From assembly GCA_964106915.2 (NCBI GenBank), contig OZ066929.1: a stretch of DNA of 64,000 bases. The stretch is one strand, 5' to 3'. This document shows, in pieces, positions 25,089-39,986 of this stretch; the stretch's first letter is position 1; each line of letters opens with the position of its first letter. The stretch is from Podarcis gaigeae (Eukaryota). The translations under genes and the position numbers were made by a program. The notes below the pieces were generated by a model that was given only the letters and a program-made list of their open reading frames with translations, searched no databases and had not been told where the DNA came from.

Positions 25089-27679
25089 GTAACAGGACTG
25101 CTTTTGGATTTCTGGGCGAGCAGAGCTGAGGGTGGGGAGGTCACTTCTGAATGCCAACTTGGATTGAGAAACGTTGTGTCTGACACACTAAGAGTCCATG
25201 GGGCTTTTTTGGGTAAAGAACTTTGACGTGGAAGATCCGGGTTCAAACCTTGCTCAGTCAGGGAATGAACTGTGTGTGGTCTTGAGCATGCCTGCCAGTT
25301 TGCATTTCCAGCACTTAAACCCTCTAACTCTCAAGTTGATGGTGAGAAAAAATGAAATAACAGAACAAGCTAAAGAGAGCCAGCATTGCAAGCGTGTGAC
25401 ACCAGCTCTTTTGTCTTTCAGAGGACAAGTTATACCTTTTTATCTTAGACCAGGGGTTTTAATGAGTGGTTCATGGCTGCTGTTCTTGTTTCACTTGTTC
25501 TTTTAACTGCCTGCTCTGTTTTATTAATCTGATGTGCTTGTTATGGTGGCTGCTTTAATTATTCCATTGCTTGCTTTTTAAAATTATTTTTATTTCTATT
25601 GTAAACCACTTTTGATGTGATGATAGAGGTGATGAGCTGCTGCCTTATGAAGGAATTATAGTAATTCCTGAGCAAAAGGTCTGTGCGTATTCCTATATTT
25701 TAAAGTGAGCTGCAGATAGTGACAGATGATGAAGATGTTCAATAATACAAACATTTAATAGTTCAGAAGGGAGAAAATGAACAGATATGATTTTATTCAG
25801 TGTGGAAAATGGGGACCATGACGTAGAGTTGAAAAATCTGGAAGCAAAGTGTCAATAGTCAGTCAACAAAATCTACCAGGGCTGCAAGATGCACACATGC
25901 AATTCTCTTCTGTCTCCACAAGTGTGTGAAAATGCAGCTATCGTATCCACTATGTGGGGATATAAACCCAGATCTCCCTGGTCTATGGCCAACGCATTCC
26001 TCACTACACCATACTGATTCTTGAAGTGCCTATTGAAGTGGTAACTCGAATCCTAAATTTGCCAGATCCAAATGGAATACATACATTGCTCCTATGGGAT
26101 ATTGAAGCCTTTTCTTCCCTTCCCAGCAGAAGGAAGGAGAGCTGTCTGAGTAGGAGTGGGTAGCCCAGTCTTGCTCTAAATTATCTGCTGTTGTGTTTTT
26201 TCCCATCAATTTTGGCTAAATCCCAAGGGGGTTCCACAATGGCTGCTTGAGGAGCTGCCTGTTCAAGTCCAAGCCTCTCCATCACTGGCTGTGGGGGCTA
26301 AGCAGCCGTTTCCTGTGTCTTCTGACAAGCCTTTCACTGCCTCTTTCCCATATGCCCTTGATGCAGTTTGGAAGGCTGAATGGGCCCACCCTAATTAACC
26401 CAGAAATGTTCCCGCTTTGGCACAAAAGTCTTATGCCCTTGCAAAACCCATTATGGGTCAGCTGCATTTACCTGCAGTGGATCCACTTGTGACTCCCAGG
26501 AGCTGATGACTGACCACCGTTTGGGGGCGGGGGATTGCTGTGGCCCTGCCAGCGAGAAAAACAAAGCCAGACAAACCATCAAATCCACTCAAAATGGTGC
26601 TCCTGCTTGATCACGGTTCTTTGCAGGATGCGTCCCCTCCCGCACAGGAAGAGAGGACCCCAAATTCACTGGCCCTCCTCCGATGCCAACCCCAACTGCC
26701 CCAAAAGGGAACCACACTGGGAATCACAGAAGGAGGGGGGTGCAGTGGGCAGGGGAAAGACCAAACATGTGCCCACAGCTCAGCTAATAAGCAACGGAAC
26801 AAGAGAGGAGACAAAGAACAAGCCAATGTCACACAGCAGGAGCACAAGGAACGGAGGGGGGGGGAGACAGAAGAGCCCTAAAGGAAGCAAGCCTGAGAGT
26901 TCAGCTTTCACTGACTACAGGCGTGGTTGGTTTGGATCCTTCCCCCTGGACAGGAGGCATTGGCCTGGAAGGGGTCCCGCCTGAACCTCCAGTTAGGAGG
27001 TGTCATCACATAGGAAGAATGTTTTCCATCTGGATCTTCAAAGAGAAATTCACAATGAGACAATTTTCCCATTTTCAGACCTCCTTCAAATGCACAATTG
27101 AACTACATTGAACAAAGAAACCTTTGGGTAGTGGGGGGTGGGGGTGGGAGGGAAGCATCCAAAGCCTGTGGTGTCGTCACATATTAATCTTGTAGGATCA
27201 AAGGTTACAAATTGGATTCTGGCATCTTTAGTGCAAAGTTGAAGCCGCTTCCCTGTGTGCCAGGCGTTTTATTATTTCCAGTGGGTTTCGATGATTGAGA
27301 GTCGTGTGTGGGGAAAGGGGAAGGGTCGGTGTTTGTGACTGATTTAATTTGTCCATTTTCTCCATAGCGCCGAGACGCAGTGTTTCAGGGAAGATACGCC
27401 GCGATAGTGCTGCGTCTGAAGGCAAACAGGTGTAAAAAAAAAGAAAGGAAAATGATTAATGGAGCACTTAAAAATACATCTCTGGAGCTGATAAGCAGCC
27501 TGCACCAGAACACCAAGCAGTTTCGCGACCATAGACTAGGGAGTCGTAGCAGATGTGCCAAAATGCAGATGACAAATTCTAGGTTGCTGGCCGAGCCACA
27601 TCAGCGCCCTCGTGAACTCCACCCTGAGGTGCAATTCTCAGGCTCTCTGGCGCCTAACCCTTCTTCCGTCTCTCCATAG

Positions 27680-27779
27680 GATGCTGCATCCAAACCGCTG
27701 GAAGTCCTGCTGCTGGAAAAGAACCGCCTGCTACAATCGGAGAACGCCACGCTCCGTATCACAAACAGTGACCTGAGCG
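27680..27779 (+). CDS. CUX1: CUX1 exon 14 equivalent, 100 nt, last exon shared by CUX1 and CASP: [33 protein letters not shown](G)
   Basis: tctctccatag| and GCG|gtaagt. [12 protein letters not shown] is the CASP/COY1-family conserved motif. Confidence 0.96.
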
Positions 27780-28814
27780 GTAAGTGGATTGGCGGGGGCG
27801 GAGGGTGGGGGGGTGAAACAAACGTGTTTCTCAGGCTGCGAGTCTTTGTTTGCTGATTCGAGGGTGAGGATGGGGAAGGGGGCCTGAGCCCAAGCCTTGT
27901 GCAGCATGACAGAAAGAGTAATGGAGAGCAAGAACTTTGAATCATGTTTCATCTCTCCGCCGCCGCCTCCCTGCACCCTTTATACTGTAGATAATAGAAT
28001 AAGACTTCGAGACCTCGGAGACGGTCCAAAGTGTTAGGAAGGAGAAATGTTTCCGAATGTTGTGAGGAGCAGCGTCGGAGTCTGTCTTACATTTCGGTCA
28101 CAAACCTGACATTGGTGCTAATTTCCCCCACCCTTCCCCAAACATAAATTAAAGTGGATTCCAAAAGTGAGCCTGTCTCATATACTTAGCTAGCATGTCA
28201 GTTTGAATCCCTGTTCTTTTATTTCCAGAGGTGGTGCATTTCCTTTTCTTGTTTGCTTTTCTCAGAGGCAGGGGATGTTGCACATGCCTATATATATATA
28301 TATGTGGGTGGGCTCAGTGGATTTGTGGAATTTCCAGGTGCTTCTTTAGTTTGGGTTTTCGCAGCTGGTGACAACTGTATAAATTGGGCACCCAGGTGGT
28401 TGTTGCATTTTCCCAGTAGCGTCTCAACTATTCTTTGGCATTATTTGAGCAATGATTTCTCCAATCCGAGTTTCATCTGGCATTTATAAATGTTTGCTGC
28501 ATTTGGGTTCAACAAAGGTCTGTTTTGGGGACAAGACAACTTGAATGGGAGAGGGGATACTAAAGGGAATATATATTTTTCCTGTGTCAATGAAATTACT
28601 ATTATTTTTTTAAAAAATTGTATAACTGCACTTCATGTCATTGTTCAAATGTTAATGTGTGAAAGGGGGATTCTCCAGGCTGCAACATACAAGAAAGGTG
28701 CAAACATGAAATGCATGTTGTTTGTCTTGGGGGCCTTGTTTGGCTTATTAAAATTTAAAGAAACAAAAAACAAAACAAAAACCCAAACCACCTTCTTCAT
28801 TGGCCCTTATTTAA

Positions 28815-29621
<807 letters not shown>

Positions 29622-32600
29622 TGAGGCATTAGCCACTGGCTTTCCTTTCCATGTCTGTTCTTGGTAGATGGGAGGCCCTGTCAACAGGACTTCCTTCATC
29701 TGGTGGTTGAAGAGGTCCATTTGGCTTTCACCTCTTAAGCCAATTATTCTTTGAATGGACAGTGTCAGAGAGAAGTGGCAGAGTGGAAGTTGGGACAGTA
29801 CGATCCAGTGGTTATGTTTGCCTGTGCTGGCCCCGTACAATATATGGTTCCCATTGCCATCTGTTTCCATGGGCCAACGCAGGAGAGCATCCCCATGAAT
29901 TGCGCCCTGTGTTTATTAGTGTGTGGGATGGTCCATTTTGATGTTTTAACTCAGGCGCCCAAACCTCTTGGGCTCGCTCTGATTCATTGGGTATCAGTGA
30001 AATAGGTTTTTGTATCTTAAGTATCTTAAGTATGCGGAACTTGGAAAACGTGGTGTTCCTGGCATAGCAGAAACAGCTGTCTTTTGCTGTACCATCCTTG
30101 AGTGTGTATTTATCAAAGTAGTTCATTTTCAGTGATTCAATGACTCTGCACTCATTCGATAAAACTTGAATGAATGCAAGTGAGAAGTTTTGCCGCTTTC
30201 AAAACTCTGAATTCTCAGCAGAATTTATGGTCAAGGGAAATCTGGTCCAGCCCTCTCTGCAGGTTCCCCAAGTCAGACACAAAAGTATCCATCCCACTCT
30301 CCATACAGGCCTAATTGTGCCACAGTAAACTCTTGCCCTCTGCTTCCGGACCAAACAGATTCATAGAATGTAAAATAATCAGAAATGTGTAACATATTTT
30401 AAGATGCCAAAGCGCAAAGCAAAACTGTTGGGGATGGGGAGAGGATGGCTATTGATCTTCATTAACAGAAGGGTTGATGCAAAACTCTTCAGGAGCCCAA
30501 ACAATACTGAGACAGCTATTGTCATCCTGTCTCCCTCCGCTACCAGGTTCTCTGTAAAATCCACTGACATAACACACCTTTGCTAAATGTTGTCTTTGTG
30601 CCACTTCTCTGCAAATGGTTGCATTTGTTGAGAGAGAGCTGCCACTATTTCATGTTTCTCTCGCTCACCCTCACCCCCTTCTTTTCCTGGCAATGGCTCC
30701 CGTACTAACAGTATGTGGCACAAGGTGATGACATTGGGCTGAGCATTTTCCCACCCCTCCCATCTCTGGCTGTCAACAGGAGGCGTGGGGGAAATCTACC
30801 GCATGACATCATCATTATTTGGAGAGGGGCCAGATCCTATGGTAGACCACAGGCTGCGCATGCATGAGGTCCCAGGTTCAAAATGCACCTAGCTAAAAAG
30901 ACTTAGCCGCTGGGCAGCCACTGCCCACCAAAGTAGAGCTAGATGGGGCAATTGCCTGGCTCACTAAAAGGCATTGATAAGCTATCAGATTTTTCAGCTA
31001 AAGGGATCTTTGGTAGCAGGGCTGGGAAAGACCCCAGGAAGCTAGTTGTGGGGTTGGGGGTGGGACTAGTTTTCTCCAGCCTTTTCAAGCTTGTGACTGT
31101 CAGCCCAAATCAGGGCTATTTAAGGGAGTGGGGGGCCTAAGGCTTGTCAGAAGGAAAGGCCTAAGTAGTATGTGTGAGAAATCAAACAAATTATCTAAAA
31201 TTCACAAACTCTGTTCCAATGAAAGATAAAATCTTCAATCATAAATTCATGACGCTCTTTTCTTTGAATGAACACATTTATTTCCTGGCTTTAGCTGCAA
31301 CCAAGTCATGAATTATGCCATTCCTCCAAGGTGGGTCAAGGGGGTGCACATACATGGGTTTTCCTCCCCTCACCCACCCGAAAAAAGAGAGGAAACAACC
31401 ACTTCTCTGAAAGAAAGAGAAGGCAAAGAGAGACTGACTGGCCCAAGGACTCCCCCAGTGAGCTCAACTGGGAAATTGGGGGGCTAAAAAATAGATAAGT
31501 GCCTAAAGCTATACACTTGTTTATTTGATTTGATTTGATTTATAAGCCCTCCCTTGATTCTGAGTGATCCCAGAGTGAGTTGCAGCATAAAACGAATATA
31601 AAGCAAATCACGCTATCCAGGTCAGACGTACCAATTACTATAAAAACAGTTTTAAAAATCAAATGCAAATTGCAAACTCAGACATAATAATTTAACAGAC
31701 AGCAAACTCGGACAGCGAATAGTGCTGTTCCTCAAACTTCCCAAAAAGCTTGGGTAAAGAAGTGACGATGTGGCTCCACCATGACAAAAACCCTTTCCTG
31801 CTTCACTGTATCACATAGTTCACCTGCCAATGGGGCAAGATGAAGAACCTAACCTGCTCTCCCTAACACACATGGTTAATCCAGCTGGCCCCCAAGGTGG
31901 AACCCAATTCCTGATTTTTTATGCTATTTTTTAAAACACAAATCTAGACTTTAAGAAGCATTTCCTGATGCCAAAGCTTGGAAAAACTACAAGGGCATCA
32001 ACGCTGGAAGCGAAATCACAAGAACATAGGACGCTGCCTTATCCCAAGGTCCTTCTAGCTCAATACTGTGCACACTGATTGGCAGTGGATCTCCAGGTTT
32101 TCAAACAGAGATCCTTCCTGGCCCTAGCTGGAGATGCAAGAGGTTAAACTGGGACCTTCTGCAAGCAAAGCATGTGCTTTATCACTGAGGCAAATCTAAT
32201 CTAAGGGTGTTGATCTGTACACTAGGCCGTACAAATAACAACTGTGGTTATAAGAATGATAAGCATCCTGTTACTGGGTGCAAGTTAAAATTTGACGGGA
32301 AGGGAAGGAATGAAGAGCTGCCCTGCCCCCAAACAGGCTCTTGTTTTCAGGAAAGAGGAGTGTTGGAAACTCATTGCCAGAAGGAGCTGGCTTATGGGAA
32401 GGGAGAAGGGTCCACCTGTCAGTGGTGTTAGGGAATGGGAGGGAGGTTTTTTCCCCCTTGCAGTGCCATCCCAACTGCAGGGCTTTGCTTTCCCCTGCAG
32501 GAATGAGGTCTTTAAAAAAGTGCTTACCTGTGCAAGCTTTTTTCACATGCCCCATCAGTTGCATTTAAGGATATGCGTGAAATCAGTCAACTCACAAACT

Positions 32601-33049
32601 TCCTGGTCCAGTGCAGTAAGTGTAGCTGAGTCAGCTTTATATGCACACCCAGTCATACTGAGTCCATGCCAGCCTATGTGCTCCAGGACAGAAGTACCTA
32701 TTGGCCTGGTAGGTGCAGCCAGAATATAAGAACATCAAGAGTACCCCTGCTAGATCTAGACCAAAAGCCTTTCTAGTCCAGCATCCCATCTCCTATCATG
32801 GCCAGATGTCTGTTGGAAGCCCCTAGGCAGGAGAGCAGGGCAATCAGCCTCTTCTGCTACTCTGTGGATTGGTATTGTAAGGCAAGCTCCCTCTGTTCCT
32901 GGAAGGGGATATTGCCATCATGACTGTTAGCCGTTGTTAGCCTTATCTTGCGTAAAACATGTAAATGGGCCAGTTCATGTGAAGGTTCATGTGCAGAAAG
33001 TTTACATGGGTAAGGGCCTTCCTTGTGTCTTGTCCTTGAAAATCAGACT

Positions 33050-33480
33050 TAAACCAGAGTCCTTTGTGTTGGGAATAACCCAGACAGAAATTCCCAGGTG
33101 CCAGACAAGTTTACTTATATATGCAACCACAGCGGCCCGCATTCTGTTGGCCCCAAAACGGAAAGTGAGTGAGGACCCTTGTAAAGAGGACTGGCAACTT
33201 AAGATGTTAGAATATGCAGAACTTGCAGGTATGGCACACAGATTAAGAGAGCAAGAAAAGCATATATTTAAAGAAGTGTGGAAAATATTTATTGAATATA
33301 TAGAAAATAATTGTACACAGCTGAAAACACTGGCAGCATTAAGATAAATTCATCAGAGCAAGCAATATTTGATTGATGTGAAAGTGGAAAAATGACTTGA
33401 ATGGTTATAGTAAAATATGCAGGAAAGTATGGTGTGTAATATGAACCATGGAAGGAGAAGAAGGGAACTCAATGGATATT
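33050..33480 (+). mobile_element. L1-clade LINE 3' fragment
   Basis: KPESFVLGI..YATTAARILLA...PCKEDWQLKMLEYAELA..WKIFIEY in ORF 32934..33347. Homologous to the 52288 fragment. Confidence 0.8.
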
Positions 33481-33486
33481 TTAAAG

Positions 33487-33622
33487 CAGGCATCCCCAAC
33501 CTGTGGCCCTCCAGATGTTTTGGCCTACAACTCCCATGATCCCTAGCTAACAGGACCAGTGGTCAGGGATGATAGGAATTGTAGTCCAAAACATCTGGAG
33601 GGGCGAAGGTTGGGGATGCCTG
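33487..33622. mobile_element. Palindromic hAT-type MITE; degraded relatives near 4590-4680, 7960-8015, 18690-18790, 46362-46493, 46510-46615, 47895-47975, 51105-51158, 63880-64000
   Basis: TIR CAGGCATCCCCAACCT / AGGTTGGGGATGCCTG with inner arms ctccagatgttttgg.ctacaa / ttgtagtccaaaacatctggag. ttaaag is repeated on both sides. Confidence 0.85.
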
Positions 33623-34465
33623 TTAAAGTTTGGAATTCCAGTGGCTAAAGTGAGAAGTCAGGTTTCCTCCTTCTGAGCTCCCTCTCATGGCACATCATGG
33701 CCAATCCCAATTGTGATTTTGAAAATTTTTCATTTTTAGAGAAAATAAAGAGTATCAAAAAGCTGGCTGCTGGGAATGACTAGCTGTAAACCCAGGATAA
33801 AGATGAGGATGTTCTTCCACTCCTCTGCCAGCGCCTGTATTTCATTTGTTGCTTATGGTGCATCTGGTTTCCCCCTACTTAGCATCATGTGCCAACCTGA
33901 AAACCCACCCACCCACCCCTCCAGAGTATTTTGGGCAGAGGACCTCACTGGTGCTCCTACACAACAGTACAGTATTGCAAAATGAGCTCTCCCCCCCCCC
34001 TTCCTAAAATGAAGCTGCATTCATTTCTGATTGGCGTGATTTCATTTGACAGAGGTTTTTGAGAAAAGGAGAGCGGAATGACAGCAAGTTGCAAAAGATC
34101 ACTCAGAGCTTGTCTTTATTGCCAGGGAGTGGTGTGGCACCTCGTACTGTGTTCTCCTCCTTTGGGCTCTTCCAAGGATTACTGACCCGTCTTCATCTTT
34201 TTGTACCTTTTTAGATGTTTATTTATATCTTTCTAATCTCCTTTCTGAGTGTAGCGGTAATCTTCATTAACCAACCAGCCTGCCTTGCTTCCTTTCCAAA
34301 GTAGCCAGCTGCTCTGAATAGACCTGGGGTTTTTGTTTTTTGTTTGAACTGCTTGATTTCACTTCTGCCCCCACTCCCCATCTCCTTCCTCCCGAGCCCC
34401 TGGTTAGCACAAGGCAGTTCTTGTTGCATCTCACAGCCACGATTGTCGGAACCACCCTCCCCTGA

Positions 34466-34828
<363 letters not shown>

Positions 34829-36028
34829 TAACATGATTTTGTGTTGCATGTGGACCAAACCATGATGGAGCTTAATTATAATAAATACACTCACAATCAG
34901 ATCTTGATGGCAGCATTTGGAACGGATCTGCAAGCCCTCATTATAGGGACAAACCTGGTTAGCATCGTATCAGTGTACATGAAACATGGTATCATGTTAA
35001 CATGGAAGAAAGGAATTCCTAACCTAAATTAAGGGGGGGGGGGAGAGTGAGAGAGAGAAATGTGCATTCCTGAGGTTGACTCCTGATTTGTGAACCATGG
35101 TTTTCAGGTAGCCAGTGTTTCATCTGCATTGGGGCAGTAAGTATAAAACAAACCATGGGTTAGCATCAAGAGCACTTGCTTCTCCCCCGCTTCCCTCTAA
35201 TTCTACTGCTGTACTAACTCGTCTCCTTCAAATAGAACTCCTACCTCACAACAGAGCTAAACCTTATTATCATTTATGTTGATCTTATTGGTATTGGTAT
35301 CTTGTCCTTTCTCCAAGGTTGGCAGCCATGGGAATTCCATTTTATCCCCACAAGGCTGGGAGTGAGTGACTGGGCCAAGGTTGCCCAATGAATTTCATGG
35401 CTGAGCAGGGATTTAAACCCTGATTTAATACCACTCTGGCTTTTATAGCCACTAAAGCAATTGATTACTTTGGGGTTACTGGACGCCCAGTAACTGGTGT
35501 GAAAGGTATGTGTGTGTGTGTAAACTGATCCCTCTAGGAAACGTGTGATCCAAGCCATGTTCCCTTCTGCTCTGGTCTTGAACAGATGACAAGGGTGCTG
35601 CATGCTATCGTCAAATGCGTAGATCTGCAGAGTGTGTCACAAAGCTGGAAAAAAATGAGATGTTGGTAGAGGACAAGGGATTCCTGTACCACCTATGGAG
35701 GGATTCAGAGGTTGTGAAGCCTTGTTTTCTGCTGCAAGCTGAGTCATCGATAGGAAATGCAGTGCTCAGGTGCTGCCAAAGATATTGGGCATGGGACACT
35801 GCGAGCCGCTTTAGTAAGACACAGAAACGGCACCATGCAGCTCTGAGCCATACCCACTTCCTTGCTTGAAACCCCATTTGGGTTTCAAGCATTCTCCAAG
35901 TCAAGAACTAGCAAAAGGTTAATATGGAAGATTGGTGTGGGGGTAAGCTTGGGCCCAGGAAGTTCTGAATTCGAATCACCTCTCAGCTGCAAAGTCCCTC
36001 GTGTTGCCTTAAGCAAGTTGTTTTTATT

Positions 36029-36029
<1 letters not shown>

Positions 36030-36082
<53 letters not shown>
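36030..36082. repeat. (AAT)n microsatellite
   Basis: Directly visible. Source of the poly-Ile ORFs on both strands. Confidence 0.97.
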
Positions 36083-38157
36083 TCCAATGCTAAAGGTGAC
36101 TTCCAAAGCAGTATCAAATGCCGAACACTGCTAGATTAATGCATTTCTTTTCTGGATGTTTGTTTTTAAAGAAATTGAATTGAAACTTCTGTCGTAAGCA
36201 CACTCACATCATGAGTCCAATGGTGCTTACTTCTGAACAAGCCTGTATAAGTTTGAGGTGTAAAGCCTGTTTTAGAGAGCGGTAGCTAGAGCTGGAAGCA
36301 AATAAAAGCCAGCCTTGTTGGTCAAAAGGCAATTCAAAGGATACTAACTTTGATGGGCTGCCTCCTGGTCTTGGTTTTCTTCCAGTGTGCCCCCTACCCA
36401 CTTTCTCTCACCCAAAGCTCTCTGAAATAAGGGCCTTTGTATCTCTCAGCCTCCCCTGTCGAAAACACCTTCTCCCATAGGACACTGAGTATTAAGATCA
36501 GCTGCAGAGGACCTACTCTCTGCCCCGTCTTTGCTGTAATGTAGATGAGCAAATGTGATAGGCTGAGGTTGTTGTGGATTTTGTATTTGACCTGTTCTAT
36601 TATGGCTTAATTTTATCAGTTGCCTTGGAAGGGCTAAAAAGGAATTGGTATACAATAGCTAAATAGAGGATATAAAGAGGCATTGCCTTTTTAGCAGTGG
36701 CACCATGACTGTAGGCTGCCCTCCCTGGAGAGATTTGATGCGCCCCTTACCTTTCTGTTTGCAGATGAGAAATTAAACCTTTTTAATGGTTTAATGATCA
36801 TCTGCTTTTAAGCTTTCCCTTTAAGAAGCATGGTACTTTTCATGCTGTTATATGTACCGCTTTTGTATTCTCACTGTTCTAACTTTTCTGGCGTTAGTTT
36901 TCCACTTTACCACTGAATGCCTTGTTTTAATGGAAACAACAAAGAGTGTTGTGGCATCTTACATATGAACATACTTATTTTTATTTGTGTGCCACCTTTC
37001 CACATTTTAAGCCATGCTCAAGGCAGCTTACGAGATGAAAAGAATACGTAACTACAACATAACAAAAGTAGTAGTAAACAATAAATAAAACATTTAAAAT
37101 ACACAACCAAACTGAACAATTTTTGCCTAAATTACAACACGATCTAAAATATAGATACAGCAACTACCCCACCCCCCCAAAAATCCCAAACAGAACCCTA
37201 ACCCCCTAAAATCTGTTCAGCAATTCAACTTTTGTAGCTGGAGTCAGTCAGGGTCCTGCCCTCCCAGGCCATGTGGAAAAGGCTTGCAAGGCAGGTAATA
37301 GGTCCTGCAGGACTCACAGCCAAGAGGCTAATGAATTTATTACAGCACAAGCTTTTGTGGATGTTGTGGCATGTCATGGATCTGGTGAAGCCTGTGAAAG
37401 TTTATTCCGTAATAAATTTGTTGGCCTAGGCGCTTTGCTGTTTGTGTTGCAAAAGATGACTCCTTTGGAAGTTATTTTTACAAGCCACTTCAGGTGTATT
37501 TTACAGAAAAAGTGGACTAGAAAAATAACATTTATTAGGAGAATAATACTGCTCTGGTCAGCTTTAGAGCGTAGTACGTCTAAGGATTATTGAGATGAAG
37601 TATATGATGCCCTTTGAACACTAAAGAAAATATACACATACACATACACACACATATATCTCAGTAATAGTAGTCTGAGGCATCTAGACATTTTATGCTT
37701 GTTGCCAAAAAAAGTTGATTTTTCTCTTGGGGGGGAGGGGGGGAAGTCAGCTTTTAAATTTGTATTGAATTTGGTGACAATTCGTTAAAAATATGGAAAA
37801 TCCATAAAAATAATGGGCAAAAAAGTTGATTTTTCTCCACAGGCTTACACTATAAAGTTTATATGTTGTTGATTATTTCATATGTTTATATACCGCCTTT
37901 CTCCAATTCAAGGCGGCTTACAGCATTTAAAAACATCATTATAAAATACAAAGGATTATTCTGTGATTCTGAGCCCTTGAATAGGGCTTCTGTGTATTTC
38001 ACAAAGCAGATAATGGAGCCTGTGGAGCATGTCATTGAATATTATTTACGTAAGCCAAGCCATCAGTGGTGGATGGTGCTCATTGGGACTGAGAGGGCAG
38101 AAGGCGGGGAGCCCACCAGTAGGTGGCACCAGAGCCAATGGCAGCCTGAGCCAACTA

Positions 38158-38385
38158 CAGTGGAACCTCGGGTTGTGGATGTAATCTGTGACAGAGGCAC
38201 ATCCGCAACCCGCAGTGTTCGTAACCTGCTGCGCTGCGTCTGACTCAGCGTGATGCAATTTAGCGCTTCTGCACATGCACGAGCAGTGAAATCCAGAAGT
38301 AACCCTTTCCGGTACTTCCAGGTTTCCCGCGATCCACAACCTGAAAGCACATAACCTGAAGCGTTTGTAACCCGAGGTACCACTG
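38158..38385. mobile_element. Tigger-like MITE, same TIR family with a different interior
   Basis: TA|CAGTGGAACCTCGGGTT ... AACCCGAGGTACCACTG|TA. Confidence 0.88.
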
Positions 38386-39863
38386 TAATTCTAGTTTTGT
38401 CCCCATCTACTCCTCCCTGCTGAATTCTACAAGGGCAACCCAGGAGGAAGCTGACAGGCAGGGTCACCCCTTGGACTGGTTGTATGTCAGGAGATAGTGA
38501 GGGGCTAGCTAAGGACAGGCTGAGCGTGGTGGGGCAGTGCCGCACTTACCCTATTGAACCACTCCCCACTGCAAGCCATGCCACGCATTTGTTCCTGATC
38601 GTAAATTCTGTGACCCTGAGAAGACCCCATTCATAGAGTCCTCCTAGGCTAGGGGAACTCTTCCCATTTCTGCTCACATTATTACTTTCGCACTGCTTAC
38701 CTATGAGTATGTAAGACTGGTGTACAAAATAGAAAATAGATTGTAGCAAAACAGAGAATAAAAACTGAATTGGTGTGAATCAACTACTGGGGTGCAAGCA
38801 GATGCGTCTCTTCCATGAAGCAAGAGATGGGCAACTGATGGGTGCCGTCAAGAGCAGCAGGAAAAAAAGACCCCACAGACCTGGCCCTGATGGGATTCAC
38901 TTGCAGCTCCCATTCATTTTAATAAGGCTTTTGTGGGAGAACTTTATTGTTTATGATTCTCTGTATCATTGGGGGGGGCGGAGATGAGTGCCAGTTGGAT
39001 TTTTCCACCATGGATGCCAAAATACCTTGGGGTAACATAAGTTGCTGCCACTTACCACCCAAACTCTCGTAACAGTCCCTACTGCCCTGGAGACATAAGG
39101 GACAGGAGCCTATTCTGCCTTAGGCACCCTCCTCATATCCACGTACAGCTTAAGTGCAGGAAGCATGTTCCTGTATCACCGAAAAGGAATACCATGGTAC
39201 ATTTTTTAATCAAGGGTGATGGCACAAAACAGCTTTCAAAATTTTAGGATTTTTCTGCCTCTAGTTTTCTAAAAAGAGAGAATTCATGCTTAAGGAAAAA
39301 TTAGAATGATATTTTGTCATAATTCCAACTTGGAGAGTGACCAAGATATTTCAAGTGTTCCCTCCCCCTCCTTATGTCCGTTTCCTATTCCAGCCTGCAA
39401 TACTGTGCTATATTCAGAATAATATTTTGCTTTTGAAATCTAGCAGATTTTTCTTTCTTTTTTTTCAAGAAATGTGAGAAAGAACATGCCAATTTGTGCT
39501 TTTTAATAACTCTTTGCATTGCTGGTGGGTTGAAAAGAACCACATGTTTTTAAATAGGTCACAGAAATATTGTTATAAATCCTTGCTGCAAGATTACAGT
39601 GCTAGAAATTTTTGCCAAATTATCTCAAGATTCAGAGGAGTTTGAGAGGGCGAAGCACAATGGTGAGACACATGCTTCACGCGCAGAAAGTTTCAGATTC
39701 ATTCCTTGGCACCATAAGTTAAGACGATCTCAGGTGGGAGGCGATAGGGAATCCTTTTCCCCACCAGTGCCTCTCCCTTATGTAGGAGACAGTGCTTGGC
39801 TAGATAGTACGGATCAGTATATTTCTTAGATGTGCACCCTACCTCTTGACCAGAGTCCCTAAA

Positions 39864-39986
39864 TCAAATCAAAATGTTTTATTCGGCTTTACGCCCATCA
39901 TGAAACACACACACACAAAAATAAAATAAAATAAAACAGCGGACTCGTACAAACTACAAATAATATAACACAATTCACAACAATTC
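39864..39986 (-). mobile_element. Very short 5'-truncated non-LTR retroelement end (RTE-X-like, tentative)
   Basis: Perfect 15-bp TSD accagagtccctaaa (39849-39863, 39987-40001). Minus strand ends GGCGTAAAGCC hairpin, AATAAA, (TTTGA)n. Confidence 0.75.

Noticed and set aside
35862-36134. Poly-Ile ORFs on both strands
   Set aside because: Translation of an (AAT)n microsatellite.
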